Positions 1 to 7,980 of a stretch of 11,872 bases of DNA are shown here, in pieces. The notes beneath the pieces were generated by a model. It was not told where the DNA came from and searched no databases. It was given only the letters and a program-made list of their open reading frames with translations. The position numbers and the translations under genes were made by a program. Position 1 is the first letter of the stretch. Each line of letters starts with the position of its first letter. Origin of the DNA: Oligoflexales bacterium (GTDB taxonomy: Bacteria; Bdellovibrionota_B; Oligoflexia; Oligoflexales; RGVZ01); the NCBI GenBank assembly GCA_044236265.1, contig JBIIGV010000087.1, positions 1-11,872 on the forward strand, given 5' to 3'.

Positions 1-113
1 TTTGGCGACACAAAGGGATCATCAAACGCCCCGGTGCATGCGGCAATTCCGGAACAGACAGCGAGCGCCATCATGATTATTTGAGTTGTTTTTAAAAAGT
101 CTTTCCGAATCAT
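1..113 (-). CDS. Putative lipoprotein, N-terminal fragment (runs off the left edge of the window)
   Basis: Not in the ORF track. Manual translation from ATG at 113 gives MIRKDFLKTTQIIMMALAVCSGIAACTGAFDDPFVSP..., open to the window edge. GAGGT RBS at 122-118; basic n-region, hydrophobic h-region and lipobox IAAC. Confidence 0.75.
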   Translation of the reverse strand, partial: MIRKDFLKTTQIIMMALAVCSGIAACTGAFDDPFVSP

Positions 114-370
114 AGTTACCTCGCTTAAGCGACCTATTTGTCCACTTGTCCCTAGAGCTAGTGAGGACCTCTCCTCATTGATTCCAGGGGATTAGCTTGT
201 TGGACAACCTTCAGAGGGCTTAACGGACTTTTTGCTCGCGGCGATAAATTTTATTTATAACTAGCTGATATTTTTGAAATTTTTTGCGGTAAATAAAAAT
301 TAAAATCCCGGATATGTTGAGGCTGCTTCTGATTTCCTGTGGCCTTTTGGACAGTTACGGAGAAAGTCGA

Positions 371-386
371 AGCAGATCGATCTGCT
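371..386. other. Perfect 16-bp palindrome AGCAGATCGATCTGCT at the stop codon of the 385-1521 gene (possible 3' hairpin or weak terminator)
   Basis: Self-complementary sequence read directly. On the minus strand it is followed by TCGACTTTCT, only a weak U-tract. Confidence 0.35.
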
Positions 387-1521
387 ACCGATGCTCAATA
401 TCAATCGTTTGTTCAATCTGAGTGCCGCTTGGTAGCGTCAGCCTAAGCTTTATATCCTGCTCTCTAGCCCAGGACTGGTTAGCCCAGGTTCCGTATATGC
501 TTATGAATCCGGGTTGTGGCAAATACTGGTCAGACACCTGCCACCATCCATTTCCCGTGCTCATTTCGATCCTGGTCACCTCAGTTTCGGAATAGACGTA
601 GAGTTGCACGCCCCCGCGACGATCCGCCTGAGTGATGGCCTTGAGGCGGCCTAACTTCGATGTTGGTTGATCGGGTGTTTCGGAAGCCGGTTTGTCAGAT
701 GAAGGTTTTGATGCAGTAGTATCATTGGTGTCTTCATTTGGCTTTGAGGTTGTGCCGCTTGGGTTAACCAAAGCTTCAGACATCATCGACTCCGGGTCGG
801 CATTATAAATGATATCTCCGACGTTGTAGCGAGCTTGTGAGATTAAGCTTTGGAGTGTGGCGTCCTTTTGGTCTTTAATTTGCTGAAATGCTTGCAGCAT
901 GCCTCTGGTCGCCTGAGCGATCCAGGACATCTGATTGGCGCCAACTGACGTTATGACGAGACGCTCTTTGATCAGGCCCTCGGATGATTCTAGATTTTGT
1001 AGCCAGGAACCACTGAAACAAGCGCTGACGAAAAGCACAAGTCGTCGAAACGGTTTACCGTTACGACCCTCGCGAATCGCCTGCAAAACTTCTGGATAGC
1101 CGATAGTCACGTAACGCTGATCATCGGGCTGGATTTGACCGTTGTTGGCACCGTGTGCGGCTAAAAATATCAGAAGGGTTCCTTGATCGCTTACTTGCTG
1201 TGAAGCGCTGCGAATGTTTGCCAACATTTGATAATGACCAACGCGACGCTCGACCATGGTTTTGAATCTGTAATTTCCATCTGGATCAGTGACGACTTCG
1301 TGAAATTGATTCAAATCTGTTTCAAAAAGTGAGCCGTGTTGTGGAGTAGAGGCGTATGCCGTCATGAAAAGAGCGACGTTATCTGCATTTGCAGTGGCCG
1401 ATAGGCCTTTTTCTGTGGATTGCGGTGACGTTACTTTGGATAGAGTCTTACATGCAAAAGAGGAAAACGCTGTCTGTAAAGTCAGCAGATACAAGGCGAT
1501 TCTAACGAGATGAATTTGCAT
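385..1521 (-). CDS. Caspase/C13-like (clan CD) cysteine peptidase with probable lipoprotein signal, Ser/Thr/Pro-rich linker and uncharacterised C-terminal beta-rich domain
   Basis: LLIFLAAHG (His codon 1155-1153) and LVLFVSACFSG (Cys codon 1020-1018), each after a hydrophobic strand, then LVITS. Start moved to ATG 1521 (GAGGA RBS at 1536-1532), giving signal MQIHLVRIALYLLTLQTAFSSFAC. The ORF-track start at 1557 is an alternative. Confidence 0.8.
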   Translation of the reverse strand: MQIHLVRIALYLLTLQTAFSSFACKTLSKVTSPQSTEKGLSATANADNVALFMTAYASTPQHGSLFETDLNQFHEVVTDPDGNYRFKTMVERRVGHYQMLANIRSASQQVSDQGTLLIFLAAHGANNGQIQPDDQRYVTIGYPEVLQAIREGRNGKPFRRLVLFVSACFSGSWLQNLESSEGLIKERLVITSVGANQMSWIAQATRGMLQAFQQIKDQKDATLQSLISQARYNVGDIIYNADPESMMSEALVNPSGTTSKPNEDTNDTTASKPSSDKPASETPDQPTSKLGRLKAITQADRRGGVQLYVYSETEVTRIEMSTGNGWWQVSDQYLPQPGFISIYGTWANQSWAREQDIKLRLTLPSGTQIEQTIDIEHR

Positions 1522-1689
1522 GGTCGCGCTGTCCTCATAGATTGATCCTGGTCCCATTATAACAAAATCTAGCTATTAGTTGTTCTTTGGTTGCTGGCCG
1601 GTCTTAGTCTAGGGGCTCAGTAAACTAAATTAGCGGAATTTTAGATGGTCATTGGTGATTTGTGGGAAAATCCCATGCTCGCGAATCTA

Positions 1690-2586
1690 TCAAAACTGCG
1701 GGTCTAGACTTACGAGACTGTTCGATTCATTTCCTTCGACTTGGGTTGGATAGGTCAGTCCGTCTGTGGATTTTGGCACGCGGTTCATAATCAGGCCAGA
1801 ATTGTATGAGCCAGTGCTGACGGGATTGTGTCCTCCCAATTGCTTCGTGCGATTTTTGACGAAAACCTCAATTTCCCCAAGTTCAATAAATCCATCTTTG
1901 ACACCGTCGTAGGCTCCGTCCGCATCACCCCATAAAGCTTTCCATAATGAGTGTCCGAACGCGCTGCCTTCGCTTCCTTCGGGGCCGCTCACTGCACCGG
2001 CGGGACCCGTGGAGGATGTTTGTTCCAGAGTGCTTGAAGTCATAACAAAAAGCGTGCGTCCCTGCTCTTTAAAACTACGCCACTTAGCCTGATTGCGATT
2101 GATCTCGTTGACGAGGCCGCCGGAGTGACAGGACATTGTAAAAACAATAATTTCCTTCGCGGGTAGTTGAAGCAAGCGATCAGCAATTTCACTCCAAGAA
2201 CCGCCATACTGCAGGCCATCCTCCGATCCATGACCACTAGAATATTGAACGTACATATCGTTTCGAGTCATTTTTGATTTGATCTGCTCAAAGGACGATA
2301 GGATTTGTTCGTTATTACCTTGGCCAACAAGTTTAGCGCCATCGTACCTTCCGCCGAGGCCATGAGTAAAAATTTCGTGAGTGTGAAGAACATCGTATTT
2401 CGTTTCATTATGCATCATCGCAGGGTCGTTGGCGTCAGCATGTCCCCACCCAAGGTAGTACTTCTTGCCCGCAAATGTTTTACCGGTTAGAGATCCCAGG
2501 CGTGAGAAATTTTCCTGCGGAACAGCACAAGATCCGATTGTGATTGTGACGCATATAATAATCAGATTTTTCATATAAGTTGTCAT
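1690..2586 (-). CDS. Caspase-family (C14/C13-like, clan CD) cysteine peptidase lipoprotein
   Basis: YVQYSSGHG (His119, 2232-2230), IIVFTMSCHSG (Cys153, 2130-2128), FVMTSS..EQTS, SAFGHSLWKALWGDAD...DGFIELGEI, typical of bacterial caspase-like domains. Lipobox IGSC (Cys20); GAGG RBS at 2596-2593. Confidence 0.85.
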   Translation of the reverse strand: MTTYMKNLIIICVTITIGSCAVPQENFSRLGSLTGKTFAGKKYYLGWGHADANDPAMMHNETKYDVLHTHEIFTHGLGGRYDGAKLVGQGNNEQILSSFEQIKSKMTRNDMYVQYSSGHGSEDGLQYGGSWSEIADRLLQLPAKEIIVFTMSCHSGGLVNEINRNQAKWRSFKEQGRTLFVMTSSTLEQTSSTGPAGAVSGPEGSEGSAFGHSLWKALWGDADGAYDGVKDGFIELGEIEVFVKNRTKQLGGHNPVSTGSYNSGLIMNRVPKSTDGLTYPTQVEGNESNSLVSLDPQF

Positions 2587-2609
2587 TCTGAACCTCTATC
2601 AACAAAATC

Positions 2610-3332
<723 letters not shown>

Positions 3333-3383
3333 GGCGCCTCACTTTCTGACCGGCCGGGTTTCACAGGTAGGATCGGATGTCAT

Positions 3384-3411
3384 TGATCGGTTCTTGATTA
3401 ATCTCCTTTTA
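3384..3411 (-). promoter_or_regulatory. Sigma-28/FliA-like promoter for the leftward operon, with a second overlapping copy at 3397-3370
   Basis: Minus strand TAAAAGGA-N12-ACCGATCA; second copy TCAAGAAC-N12-TCCGATCC. Compare the consensus TAAAGTTT-N11-GCCGATAA. Confidence 0.45.
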
Positions 3412-3516
3412 TTGATTCAGAACAGCGTGTTAGGCAGCTGTTTTAAAAACCATCGGATGGATCTTCTGATAAGCGCGTATAAAACCTATTATTTTCGTTG
3501 GTACTTTGTTTTTACT

Positions 3517-3544
3517 TAAAGTTTTGGCTTGTTGATACCGATAC
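3517..3544 (+). promoter_or_regulatory. Sigma-28/FliA-like promoter for the rightward lipoprotein operon
   Basis: TAAAGTTT (3517-3524)-N12-ACCGATAC (3537-3544): exact extended -35 and a CCGATA -10 core, 33 nt upstream of ATG 3578. Confidence 0.6.
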
Positions 3545-3577
3545 CCTCTCGGTTCGTCCGAATTTGAAGGGGGGCGC

Positions 3578-4384
3578 ATGCTATATTCCTATAAAATGTT
3601 TCAGTTGATCGGAGTTGTTTTGGCGCTCGCAGTAAGCGGATGCCAAAGGAGTGCGCGACAGGTTGTTTTCGAAAATCCCTGCGCAAATCCGAAGGAAGCA
3701 GCGTCCTCAAAAAATTGTAATAAGCCAACCAATACCAGTGGTGGCACTGGTACGAGCAGTGATGATTGGATTCCTAGCAATCCGTCGAACGACTCACCTC
3801 AATCAGGTACATCAGGTTCAAGACCTCCGACCGTTTCAAACAATTCAGGTCAACCACCGCTTTCCGGACCTGGCGGATCTGGCGGATCTGGCGGATCTGG
3901 CGGATCTGGCGGATCTGGCGGATCTGGCGGATCTGGCGGCGGAAGTACTCCAAGCGGTCCGTCACTTCCTCCAAGTGGCGGTAATGGCGGATCGACTGGT
4001 AGCAATAACCAAAGTGGCCCCTCGCTCCCTCCGCTTGGAGGCAATACGGGATCCACTGGTAGCAACAATCAAAGTGGACTACCGCCTTCAAGTAGTGATG
4101 TGACCGCAACCACGAAGCTTGGTATTGCGGTGACCAAGCAAGGCGTCCCCACTCTGATTTTCAACGGAGGGAACCAAGCCAAATTCACTGACATGCAGTA
4201 CACGGTTGAGCCTAACAGCATCGTGGTTCCTGAGGCGTCGCTTGTAATGCAGGGACTAAGTAATCCACTTGGTCAGTTTGGCGTTAAGGTTTCTTTGACC
4301 TTCAAATTTGAAAACAAGAGTTGCACTGGTTCAGCTGTCGCCCGCTTGGAGCAGGAGTCAGCAGTGACCGTGAAGTGTCCATGA
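3578..4384 (+). CDS. Hypothetical lipoprotein with long Gly/Ser/Pro low-complexity stalk and small C-terminal beta domain
   Basis: Lipobox VSGC (Cys22); GAAGGGGG RBS before ATG; Cys pair near the N-terminus; (GGS)7 and 20-aa repeats; C-terminal ~90 aa with alternating beta pattern and two Cys. Confidence 0.8.
   Translation: MLYSYKMFQLIGVVLALAVSGCQRSARQVVFENPCANPKEAASSKNCNKPTNTSGGTGTSSDDWIPSNPSNDSPQSGTSGSRPPTVSNNSGQPPLSGPGGSGGSGGSGGSGGSGGSGGSGGGSTPSGPSLPPSGGNGGSTGSNNQSGPSLPPLGGNTGSTGSNNQSGLPPSSSDVTATTKLGIAVTKQGVPTLIFNGGNQAKFTDMQYTVEPNSIVVPEASLVMQGLSNPLGQFGVKVSLTFKFENKSCTGSAVARLEQESAVTVKCP
3872..3934 (+). repeat. Perfect 9-bp tandem repeat (GGCGGATCT)7 encoding (GGS)7
   Basis: Seven identical units counted directly, followed by a partial GGCGG. 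Confidence 0.95.
3953..4092 (+). repeat. Imperfect 60-bp tandem repeat (about 2.3 copies) encoding SGPSLPPxGGNxGSTGSNNQ
   Basis: Units at 3953-4012 and 4013-4072, partial from 4073; differences are mostly synonymous. Confidence 0.85.
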
Positions 4385-4395
4385 GGAGTAGGCCC

Positions 4396-5376
4396 ATGAA
4401 AAACTTAAAAATCATGTCTTTTTTGGTTCTAGCTCTCGGACTCAATGCCTGTAGTCCTCCAAAACAGATCGGCTCTCGCCTGAAAAGTGGGACAACGACA
4501 AGTGCGTCTGTGAGCCTTCTTCAAGCGTCGGACGCTGCAGGTGGTTTAGTATTTGTTCACAACCATCCAGATGTTGGTCCCGATAATTATAAGTTATCGG
4601 CGTTGACTGTTACTGTGCCTGCAGCGAGTGGTGCTGTTACGATAGACGCCGCTGCTACGAAAGTTGCATTACCGCCTCTCAAGTTTGGTATCAGCATGGT
4701 GGCGAACGCAAGTCCACGAAAGCTCTCCTGTCAGTCAGCTGGGATTCCCATGGGCACATCTTCTATCACGTGCCTGCTTGAGGGCGGGTCTGAAAGTAGA
4801 GATGTCAATCTTGAGGTAGCTAACCACGTAATTAATAAAAAAGTGGACATCAAGACCGCGCTTGATTACGTCAAGCAGAATGTCCTCAAGGGCCAAGCCA
4901 TTGCGCCAGCCATAGAGTCCAATTGGCTCGAGCTCGAGAAGGAGGCGAAGCCTGGCGGCGGGTATTTCGGCGTGCAGGAAGCGATCGCGAGAACGATTCA
5001 GTCGTGGAATTCCTCAGTTCAGGGATTTAAAGCGGAGGAAGTGGCGTCCGTCCTGGTGACAGTGTATAAAGACAGCACAGGAGCCTCTGGCGGATCAGCC
5101 GAAGATTTAACAAAGCGCGCAGATCGTGAAATTTCCAAGTATCTCGTTGAACAGCCCGGGGCAAAAATCTCTGAAGCGATTTATTTTGTGCAGACAAACA
5201 TTTTAAACGCTGTGCTTCCAGCGAGTGTGACGAAGCGTTGGAATGATCTGGAGAGTGGAATTGGTGGCTACAATGGTGACGTCGAAGCAATCACCGGCGA
5301 AATTCGCAGCTGGAATGTTGATATAGGCTATAATGCCGAAGAGGTTGCTCGGAAACTTTCACAAGTCTATCGATAA
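4396..5376 (+). CDS. Hypothetical lipoprotein with N-terminal beta domain and two tandem copies of an uncharacterised ~80-aa helical domain
   Basis: GAGGAG RBS at 4383-4388 before ATG 4396; MKNLKIMSFLVLALGLNAC lipobox (Cys19); internal duplication visible by eye. The ORF-track start at 4321 overlaps the previous gene and is unlikely. Confidence 0.8.
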   Translation: MKNLKIMSFLVLALGLNACSPPKQIGSRLKSGTTTSASVSLLQASDAAGGLVFVHNHPDVGPDNYKLSALTVTVPAASGAVTIDAAATKVALPPLKFGISMVANASPRKLSCQSAGIPMGTSSITCLLEGGSESRDVNLEVANHVINKKVDIKTALDYVKQNVLKGQAIAPAIESNWLELEKEAKPGGGYFGVQEAIARTIQSWNSSVQGFKAEEVASVLVTVYKDSTGASGGSAEDLTKRADREISKYLVEQPGAKISEAIYFVQTNILNAVLPASVTKRWNDLESGIGGYNGDVEAITGEIRSWNVDIGYNAEEVARKLSQVYR

Positions 5377-6105
5377 TTATTTGACGCTGATTGAAATGGA
5401 TTTAGGCTCTCCGCCACGTAGGATCTCTATGTCAATACTGGAGGCCTCCTTCATGGATTTGAGAGTGGCAATGGCGCCTGCAACGCTATTCAACTTCAAT
5501 CCGTTAAGGGACATGATGATGTCATCATCTTTCAAGCCGCCTTTTGCAAATATGCTATCAGAGTCGATTTGATATAGTCTAAAACCAACGATTGAGCCCG
5601 CCTGCATCACTGGCTCAGCTGTTGCTTGCATCAGTATTTTTGAGAGATCCTGATTAGCAATTCTGTCACGGTAGGCGCTGGTCATAGTAACTTTGCCGCT
5701 TGCGCGTTCAAAGCCGTCTTCTCGGTAATTGCCGTCAGGGTTTACTGCTGGCCCGTGTTGCTCGGTTGCTGCATAGCGGAATTCTCCGGCAAACTTATCC
5801 AAGTAAACCAGATAATTTTTCGCGTCGCGAGTGATGACACGAATGTATTTTTCGGAAACGTCCGTCACTTTGTAGCGGCCATCGATGATTAAGCCAATTT
5901 TGACTGCCGTCACCTGACCAGTGGCGATCACTTTGATCAACGCCACATTGTTGTCGGGGGTCTTTTGTGCGATGGTACCCATAATGAGAAACCCGAGGGA
6001 CTGACCATCAACAGGCTTCGCCTTTTGCAAAAGAACTTGACCGTCGGTTGGCCACGCCAACAGTGACGATGCAAGGACAGCAAGAATGTGCTTGATGGGT
6101 GGCAT
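5377..6105 (-). CDS. Type II secretion GspC-like protein with C-terminal PDZ domain
   Basis: HR-like segment (LIMGTIA...VALIK...VKIGLIIDGRYKVTDVSEKYI) followed by a GspC-type PDZ (ATAEPVMQAGSIVGFRLYQIDSDSIFAKGGLKDDDIIMSLNGLKL...IEILRGG). N-terminal hydrophobic segment. Confidence 0.8.
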   Translation of the reverse strand: MPPIKHILAVLASSLLAWPTDGQVLLQKAKPVDGQSLGFLIMGTIAQKTPDNNVALIKVIATGQVTAVKIGLIIDGRYKVTDVSEKYIRVITRDAKNYLVYLDKFAGEFRYAATEQHGPAVNPDGNYREDGFERASGKVTMTSAYRDRIANQDLSKILMQATAEPVMQAGSIVGFRLYQIDSDSIFAKGGLKDDDIIMSLNGLKLNSVAGAIATLKSMKEASSIDIEILRGGEPKSISISVK

Positions 6106-6143
6106 CAGAATCCATAACCCTCGAAGTTTGATGGCTTAGTTGA

Positions 6144-6170
6144 GTATCGGCCGTTTGGTCTAATAGTTGA
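6144..6170 (-). promoter_or_regulatory. Sigma-28/FliA-like promoter upstream of the GspC-like gene
   Basis: Minus strand TCAACTAT-N11-GCCGATAC: canonical spacing and a 7/8 match to the -10 element GCCGATAA. Confidence 0.5.
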
Positions 6171-6266
6171 TCGATGGCCGAAGCGTGACTTCTGTAACTC
6201 ATTGACTTTTCAATGTATTACGATGAAAATAAGAGTTCAATTGAAAATCAAAACGAGGATGCAGCG

Positions 6267-6974
6267 ATGGTTGAGCGAAAAAAGATCAGAAAACTCCTGA
6301 GCAATAAGGTTCAGCAGCTCAATGAGGTGATCGCAGATATCGACACCATCCTAACAGAGATGGAAACAGATTTTTACCGCGTCTGTATTTTTGGTTCAGC
6401 TAGAATTGGCGTCGACAGCCCCTTCTATCAGCAGGCCTACGAGCTGGCAAAGGAGCTCGCGCGACGGGGTGTTGATATTGTGACTGGCGGTGGTCCTGGT
6501 TTGATGGAAGCAGCAAACCGAGGTGCTAAGGATGGAAGTAACCTTAGTCGCTCCATTGGCCTTCCGATCGAGCTTCCCTTTGAGACAGATGCTAACGCGC
6601 ATCTTGATGTGAAGCATCACCATAAGCGCTTTTCATCACGATTAGACGAGTTTATGCGCATTAGTCATGCAGTTGTTATCACGCCGGGTGGAATTGGAAC
6701 ATTGCTTGAATTGTTCTACACGTGGCAGCTCATGCAGGTGAATCACATTAAGCCGCGGCCCTTTATATTGCTTGGTCACAGCATGTTCGATCAATTGATC
6801 AAATACTTGGAAGACGTGCCGGTGGCCCTGAGCTTGATGAATCGTGATGATATGCGAATGATTCAGGTGGTGGATACGGTTGACGAGGTGGTGAAGTGTC
6901 TGGAACCACATATCGAGCATTTCAGAAAACTTCACAAAGACACTCCTACAAAGCCAGGCTCCAAGAACTCATGA
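6267..6974 (+). CDS. LOG family protein (Rossmann-fold nucleotide monophosphate phosphoribohydrolase, TIGR00730-like)
   Basis: VCIFGSAR, IVTGGGPGLMEAANRGA and PGGIGTLLE motifs. GAGGA RBS at 6255-6259 favours ATG 6267 over 6213. Confidence 0.92.
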   Translation: MVERKKIRKLLSNKVQQLNEVIADIDTILTEMETDFYRVCIFGSARIGVDSPFYQQAYELAKELARRGVDIVTGGGPGLMEAANRGAKDGSNLSRSIGLPIELPFETDANAHLDVKHHHKRFSSRLDEFMRISHAVVITPGGIGTLLELFYTWQLMQVNHIKPRPFILLGHSMFDQLIKYLEDVPVALSLMNRDDMRMIQVVDTVDEVVKCLEPHIEHFRKLHKDTPTKPGSKNS

Positions 6975-7834
6975 TCTCTCTGGCAAAGGCAGTTCGCGGC
7001 TGGCTAACAATTGTGTTGGTCTGTTTGGCATTGATTCCTGTCAATATTTGCCAGCTAATGACGCTTTTCGTGCTCCCGTTTAGCCGGCGTCGTTTCATGC
7101 AACTCAACATGGCGATTAAACAGTTTTACTGTGGTTTCGTTGCGCAGGGTGCTGGATGGTGCGGTAACTCACTGATCGTGACAGGGGATCTCCCACGTCA
7201 GGAAAATGCAATTGTTTTTGCTAACCATCAGTCGATGATTGACATCATTTTACTTTGGCGATGGAGTTATGATGCTCAGACTGTTGGTTGGATTAAGTGG
7301 TTTGCAAAAGATGTTTTGAAATATGTTCCCGGTCTCGGTTGGGGGATGATGTTTGTTAACACGCTATTTGTGAAGCGTGACTGGGCGAAAGATGCGGGCT
7401 CGATTCGGGCAACGTTTGCAAAGCTGCGTGAACAAAAATTACCGACGTGGTTAGTGATTTTTCCGGAGGGAACGCGGATGAAACCGTCCAAATTTGCGTC
7501 GAGCCGCGCGTATGCCCAGCGTAAAGGTCTTCCGGTTTTTGATCATGTTTTAATTCCAAGGGGCAAAGGCATTCACGCGTGTCTCCAGGGTATGTCTGGG
7601 CACCTGGCCGCTGTATATGATGTGACAATTCAGTACGATGGTGGCGTGCCGAGTGCTCTTCATTTCTTCACAGTGGGTGGATACAAGGCGCGCCTCCATG
7701 CAATCCGCCACGAAATTTCCAGCATCCCCGATCGCGAAAGAGATCTAAACCAGTGGCTTCTCGGAGTTTTCGTGAAAAAAGATCAGATGATGGCTGAGGG
7801 GTTGCATAAACTAATGGTGGGATCGGAACTCTAA
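6971..7834 (+). CDS. Lysophospholipid / 1-acyl-sn-glycerol-3-phosphate acyltransferase (LCLAT1/YihG-like subgroup)
   Basis: NHQSMID (HX4D), FAKDVLKYVPGLGWG, FVKRDW, IFPEGTR and VYDVTI motifs. ATG 6971 overlaps the LOG stop (ATGA), indicating translational coupling. Confidence 0.92.
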   Translation: MISLAKAVRGWLTIVLVCLALIPVNICQLMTLFVLPFSRRRFMQLNMAIKQFYCGFVAQGAGWCGNSLIVTGDLPRQENAIVFANHQSMIDIILLWRWSYDAQTVGWIKWFAKDVLKYVPGLGWGMMFVNTLFVKRDWAKDAGSIRATFAKLREQKLPTWLVIFPEGTRMKPSKFASSRAYAQRKGLPVFDHVLIPRGKGIHACLQGMSGHLAAVYDVTIQYDGGVPSALHFFTVGGYKARLHAIRHEISSIPDRERDLNQWLLGVFVKKDQMMAEGLHKLMVGSEL

Positions 7835-7980
7835 TACTCATTTTAGAGTGTACTCACGTTCGACACCGTGTTTCGCAATTTGACGGCCGATGGACGGGGC
7901 GAATTAAAAAAATCTATATATATTAGAGTGTTACATAGCTAGGCTGCTGGGTGCAAATCTTGCATCCGTTCTCAGTAACT

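Noticed and set aside
3872..4092. Tandem repeats as a possible CRISPR array
   Set aside because: The units are contiguous with no unique spacers and are in-frame coding; no cas genes are present.
3651..4109. ORFs with (DLA)n, (RQI)n and (PPD)n repeats
   Set aside because: Shadow frames of the 9-bp repeat within the 3578-4384 lipoprotein gene; no independent start signals or domains.
4321..4395. Longer ORF-track starts (4321; likewise 1557, 6213, 6896, 10828)
   Set aside because: Downstream ATGs have better RBSs, stop/start coupling or properly placed signal peptides.
6267..6974. LOG/SLOG protein as the nucleotide sensor of a caspase-linked defence system
   Set aside because: It is a stand-alone classical LOG with PGGxGTxxE, coupled to an acyltransferase. 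The proteases are predicted to be exported, and no TIR, NLR, cyclase or gasdermin-like gene is recognisable in the window.
7886..7893. GCCGATGG upstream of the C13 gene as a FliA -10 box
   Set aside because: There is no TAAA/TCAA-like -35 at 15-16 nt spacing, so it is not supportable.
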